This document shows, in pieces, positions 26,851 to 30,728 of a DNA stretch of 30,728 nucleotides. The notes under the pieces were generated by a model. The model saw only the letters and a list, made by a program, of their open reading frames with translations, was not told the origin of the DNA and did no database searches. The DNA is from a virus (Duplodnaviria; Heunggongvirae; Uroviricota; Caudoviricetes; Peduoviridae). Both the position numbers and the translations under genes were made by a program. Where the stretch lies: the IMG/VR virus record IMGVR_UViG_638275546_000001; one strand, written 5' to 3'. Numbering within the stretch: position 1 is the first letter of the stretch; each line of letters opens with the position of its first letter.

Positions 26851-29125
26851 AGCCTCCGGGCGTTTTGTCCCTCCGTCAGCATTTGCCGCAGGCACCGGTA
26901 AGACGTTTACCGGTGCTTATGCATGGAACGCGCCACGCGAGGCCGTCGGGCGCGAAAGACCCCTTACACGTGACGAGATGCGTCAGGTGCAAGGTGTTTT
27001 ATCCACGATTAACCGCCTGCCTTACTTTTTGCGCTCGCTGTTTACTTCACGCTATGACTACATCCGGCGCAATAAAAGCCCGGTGCACGGGTTTTATTTC
27101 CTCACATCCACTTTTCAGCGTCGTTTATGGCCGCGCATTGAGCGCGTTAATCAGCGCCATGAAATGAACACCGACGCGTCGTTGCTGTTTCTGGCAGAGC
27201 GTGACCACTATGCGCGCCTGCCTGGAATGAATGACAAGGAACTGAAAAAGTTTGCCACCCGTATCTCATCGCAGCTTTTCATAATGTATGAGGAACTCTG
27301 CGATGCCTGGGTGGATGCGCATGGCGAGAAAGAATCACTGTTTACGGATGAGGCTCAGGATCACCTGTATGGTCATGTTGCTGGCGCTGCACGAGCTTTC
27401 AATATTTCCCCTCTCTACTGGAAAAAATACCGTAAAGGACAGATGACCACGAGGCAGGCTTATTCTGCCATTGCCCGTCTGTTTAACGATGAGTGGTGGA
27501 CTCATCAGCTTAAAGGCCAGCGTATGCGCTGGCATGAGGCGTTACTGATTGCTGTCGGGGAGGTCAATAAAGACCGTTCTCCTTATGCCAGTAAACATGC
27601 CATTCGTGATGTGCGTGCGCGCCGCCAGGCAAATCTGGAGTTTCTTAAATCATGTGACCTTGAAAACAGGGAAACCGGCGAGCGCATCGACCTTATCAGT
27701 AAGGTGATGGGCAGTATTTCTAATCCTGAAATTCGCCGGATGGAGCTGATGAACACCATTGCCGGTATTGAGCGTTACGCCGCCGCAGAGGGTGATGTGG
27801 GGATGTTTATCACGCTGACCACGCCGTCAAAGTATCACCCGACACGTCAGGTCGGAAAAGGAGAAAGTAAAACCGTCCAGCTTAATCACGGCTGGAACGA
27901 TGAGGCATTTAATCCGAAGGATGCGCAGCGTTATCTCTGCCGTATCTGGAGCCTGATGCGCACGGCATTCAAGGATAATGATTTACAGGTCTACGGTTTG
28001 CGTGTCGTCGAGCCACACCACGACGGAACGCCGCACTGGCATATGATGCTTTTTTGTAATCCACGCCAGCGTAACCAGATTATTGAAATCATGCGTCGCT
28101 ACGCGCTCAAAGAGGATGGAGACGAAAGAGGAGCCGCGCGAAACCGTTTTCAGGCAAAACATCTTAACCGGAGCGGTGCTGCGGGGTATATCGCGAAATA
28201 CATCTCAAAAAACATCGACGGCTATGCACTGGATGGTCAGCTCGATAACGATACCGGCAGGCCGCTGAAAGATACTGCTGCGGCTGTTACCGCATGGGCG
28301 TCAACGTGGCGCATCCCGCAATTTAAAACGGTTGGCCTGCCGACAATGGGGGCTTACCGTGAACTACGCAAATTGCCTCGTGGCGTCAGCATTGCTGATG
28401 AGTTTGACGAACGCGTTGAGGCTGCACGTGCCGCCGCAGACAGTGGTGATTTTGCGTTGTATATCAGCGCGCAGGGTGGGGCAAATGTTCCGCGTGATTG
28501 CCAGACTGTCAGAGTCGCCCGTAGCCCGTCGGATGACGTTAACGAGTACGAGGAAGAAGTCGAGAGAGTGGTCGGCATTTACGCGCCGCATCTCGGCGCG
28601 CGTCATATTCATATCACCAGAACGACGGACTGGCGCATTGTGCCGAAAGTTCCGGTCGTTGAGCCTTTGACTTTAAAAAGCGGCATCGCCGCGCCTCGGA
28701 GTCCTGTCAATAACTGTGGAAAGCTCACCGGTGGTGATACTTCGTTACCGGCTCCCACACCTTCTGAGCACGCCGCAGCAGTGCTTAATCTGGTTGATGA
28801 CGGTGTTATCGAATGGAATGACCCGGAGGTCGTGAGGGCGCTCAGGGGCGCATTAAAACACGGTCGGAGAACGCCAAACCGTCAGCAAAGAAACGGAAGC
28901 CCGTTAAAACCATATGAAATGGCACCATCGGCCAGACTGACCCGGTCGGAACGAATGCAAATTACCCGTATCCGTGTTGACCTTGCTCAAAAGGGTATCA
29001 GGCCGCAGCGATGGGAACTTGAGGCGCTGGCGCGTGGAGCAACCGTAAATTATGACGGGAAAAAATTCACGTATCCGGTTGCTGATGAGTGGCCGGGATT
29101 CTCAACAGTAATGGAGTGGAAATGA
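26840..29125 (+). CDS. A: Replication initiation protein A (rolling-circle nickase)
   Basis: Start at internal ATG (MAVKASGRFVPPSAF..., 761 aa); recognised as P2 gpA-like, with the conserved ...EPHHDGTPHWHMMLF... and ...AKYISKNIDGY... (active-site Tyr) motifs. Confidence 0.9.
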   Translation: MAVKASGRFVPPSAFAAGTGKTFTGAYAWNAPREAVGRERPLTRDEMRQVQGVLSTINRLPYFLRSLFTSRYDYIRRNKSPVHGFYFLTSTFQRRLWPRIERVNQRHEMNTDASLLFLAERDHYARLPGMNDKELKKFATRISSQLFIMYEELCDAWVDAHGEKESLFTDEAQDHLYGHVAGAARAFNISPLYWKKYRKGQMTTRQAYSAIARLFNDEWWTHQLKGQRMRWHEALLIAVGEVNKDRSPYASKHAIRDVRARRQANLEFLKSCDLENRETGERIDLISKVMGSISNPEIRRMELMNTIAGIERYAAAEGDVGMFITLTTPSKYHPTRQVGKGESKTVQLNHGWNDEAFNPKDAQRYLCRIWSLMRTAFKDNDLQVYGLRVVEPHHDGTPHWHMMLFCNPRQRNQIIEIMRRYALKEDGDERGAARNRFQAKHLNRSGAAGYIAKYISKNIDGYALDGQLDNDTGRPLKDTAAAVTAWASTWRIPQFKTVGLPTMGAYRELRKLPRGVSIADEFDERVEAARAAADSGDFALYISAQGGANVPRDCQTVRVARSPSDDVNEYEEEVERVVGIYAPHLGARHIHITRTTDWRIVPKVPVVEPLTLKSGIAAPRSPVNNCGKLTGGDTSLPAPTPSEHAAAVLNLVDDGVIEWNDPEVVRALRGALKHGRRTPNRQQRNGSPLKPYEMAPSARLTRSERMQITRIRVDLAQKGIRPQRWELEALARGATVNYDGKKFTYPVADEWPGFSTVMEWK

Positions 29126-29574
29126 TGGCAAAAATTCACGAGGTAAAGCTGCACGCAAAATATTTCGACCTTGTGCTGGAAGGAAAGAAACGTGCAGAGT
29201 TTCGGAAAAATGACCGTAATTATGAGCGCGGGGACACGCTGATTTTGCATGAATGGGTACAGGGTGTGTTTACGGGGCGAAAGGTTGAAGCCCGGATAAC
29301 AGATGTTACTGACCTGTCAGACTGGCTGGAAGATTATGTCTTGCTAAGTATTGAGCTGCTTAATACAGGCGCATATGAGATTGTGAACTGGAAAGAACTT
29401 AGTGAGCGTGGTCTGGTATTCAGAATTAATCATGAAATTATGCATCAGCTCGGTCTTGCTGTTATGTATGAGTCAGTGACAGGCCTGTCTGGCGGAGCAG
29501 TGGTTGCTGCGGATGGGATGTGGAGCTATTCAGATGAACAGGTGGAGTGTGCAAAGCAAAAAGGGTGGTTTTGA
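29122..29574 (+). CDS. Hypothetical protein, ASCH/PUA-like N-terminal domain (tentative)
   Basis: First ATG of ORF 29089..29574 (track start is GTG inside A); 150 aa; N-terminal MMAKIHEVKLHAKYFDLVLEGKKRAEFRKNDRNYERGDTLILHEW resembles ASCH-type small domains (weak, from memory); 3' end overlaps the convergent minus-strand gene by 45 nt. Confidence 0.55.
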   Translation: MMAKIHEVKLHAKYFDLVLEGKKRAEFRKNDRNYERGDTLILHEWVQGVFTGRKVEARITDVTDLSDWLEDYVLLSIELLNTGAYEIVNWKELSERGLVFRINHEIMHQLGLAVMYESVTGLSGGAVVAADGMWSYSDEQVECAKQKGWF

Positions 29575-30522
29575 AAATGCACAGAATACCAGGCGAGATA
29601 CCTCAGCATAAAACTTAAGGTCAGCCCCGTTTCTAAAGGACGTTAAAGCCTTGGGGTTATCAATAACAGAAGATAATAGGCGTAAATTTCGGGACTCTCC
29701 AACCTTTGTTTTCCCGGAATCATCCTTTTTATAAAGCCATACTGTAAGTTCTCTGGTATTTTCTCTATTTATATGATGTGGGTGAATTATTACATCATTG
29801 GATGTAATATCACCATATTCGTCTTTTTCTGAAACGCCAACAAACAATCCAATTTTCTCGTCAGCTAAGGCTGTAGATAAAATTGAAAACTTGATCGATT
29901 CTTCATCTAATCCATCAATATCATAAAAGTTATTGCTCTCCATTACTTTATAAACGGCTAAAGCATCTAGATTTCTCTTGATATGATCTTTTCTGCTACC
30001 GATTGCACGAGCAACCTGATGATATCGATCATTAGTCGGTGAGTTTGGGGAGGTGAGACCAAAAAGTTGCTCGATATAACGAGCCTTCGATAGAGGTTCC
30101 CATTGTTTGACACCAGTGATATGTCTGAAACCCAAATAAGGTAAAATTTCAGCTCTGGTATCTCTAACGATCACTGGTAATTTTTCTAGTGTACCTAGTT
30201 TATCTTTAGCGCTTTCGGCGATTTCTATCATCCGGGAGCTGGGTCTGTCGCACTCATATGGGTTATGAATAAGTTTAACTGCCGTTAAGCGACGGTTGCC
30301 TTCCACAACGGTGTACTTATCTCCCTCTTTAACCGCAATAAGAGGCTCGCCAGGAAAAAATCCATTTTCTGCGATTGCATTCATCAAGTCTTCAATAGAG
30401 GTTGTTAGAGCTATATGATTTAGCATTGCTTCTGGGGTACGTTCAACACCTTCAGGAAGACGTGGATTTTTTGTATCAAGCTCAAGTTTATTGAGGTCGA
30501 TGTAATCAAGGCTTTCTGTCAT
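29530..30522 (-). CDS. Accessory protein at the tin/old position: ParB N-terminal-like (ParB/Srx-fold) domain protein, candidate anti-phage defence nuclease
   Basis: ORF track 29530..30555 begins at a TTG; first ATG is at 30522 (MTESLDYIDLNKL..., 330 aa); N-terminal ~100 aa carry the ParB hallmarks (I-DL-KL...NPR...; hydrophobic core; GEPLIAV; ...YTVVEGNRRLTAVKLI, cf. ParB GERRxRA box); C-terminal ~200 aa unrecognised; AT-rich, opposite strand to the early operon. Confidence 0.75.
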   Translation of the reverse strand: MTESLDYIDLNKLELDTKNPRLPEGVERTPEAMLNHIALTTSIEDLMNAIAENGFFPGEPLIAVKEGDKYTVVEGNRRLTAVKLIHNPYECDRPSSRMIEIAESAKDKLGTLEKLPVIVRDTRAEILPYLGFRHITGVKQWEPLSKARYIEQLFGLTSPNSPTNDRYHQVARAIGSRKDHIKRNLDALAVYKVMESNNFYDIDGLDEESIKFSILSTALADEKIGLFVGVSEKDEYGDITSNDVIIHPHHINRENTRELTVWLYKKDDSGKTKVGESRNLRLLSSVIDNPKALTSFRNGADLKFYAEVSRLVFCAFSKPPFLLCTLHLFI

Positions 30523-30709
30523 AACTCTAATCTCATTAGATATGGTGATATGCAAAGATTAACACTGGAGTTAAACGTAGGCTAGAACTGCAATTATGTG
30601 CATTAAAATGCATGCGTAAGTAACTCGCTAAAATGAAGCCATAAACTCACAGTGGTGCTATGAATAATATGTTATGCAACTGCATTAAAACCGACCCATG
30701 AAGCGGGCG

Positions 30710-30728
30710 GGCGAGGCGGGGAAAGCAC
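30710..30728. repeat. cos: Right copy of 19-nt cohesive end (cos)
   Basis: Exact repeat of 1..19. Confidence 0.85.

Noticed and set aside
29530-30555. Possibility that the right-end gene is an OLD-family (ATPase + Toprim) nuclease like P2 old
   Set aside because: Too short (about 330-340 aa) and no canonical Walker A (GxxxxGK[ST]) or Toprim motif visible; the N-terminus instead carries ParB-type motifs.
1-30728. CRISPR arrays, rRNA/tRNA genes, insertion sequences
   Set aside because: No regularly spaced direct repeats, no transposase-like ORF with terminal inverted repeats, and no structured RNA gene signatures were seen; the only mobile-element signature is the phage itself.

Overview
The window is a complete P2-family temperate myovirus genome, running from one copy of the 19-nt cohesive end (1..19) to the other (30710..30728). 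Gene order and protein sequences follow the P2 layout: Q–P (minus strand), O-N-M-L-X-Y-K-lysA-lysB/lysC-R-S, V-W-J-I-H-G, FI-FII-E/E'-T-U-D, ogr, attP, int, C, cox, B, four small early ORFs and A. All identifications are from reading the translated ORFs and the DNA; no database search was run. Against this conserved backbone, three regions stand out as accessory or mosaic: (1) an AT-rich island between G and FI (the position of Z/fun in P2) carrying a minus-strand 259-aa single-pass membrane protein; (2) an AT-rich right-end island (the position of tin/old in P2) carrying a minus-strand ~330-aa protein with a ParB-like N-terminal domain; (3) a long, mosaic tail-fibre gene H (913 aa) with an internal duplicated module. 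The first two sit in positions where P2-like phages carry anti-phage genes and are the best candidates for a novel, probably defence-related, system. Several of the ORF-track start codons are non-ATG or upstream of the likely start; I have given the starts I consider most plausible.
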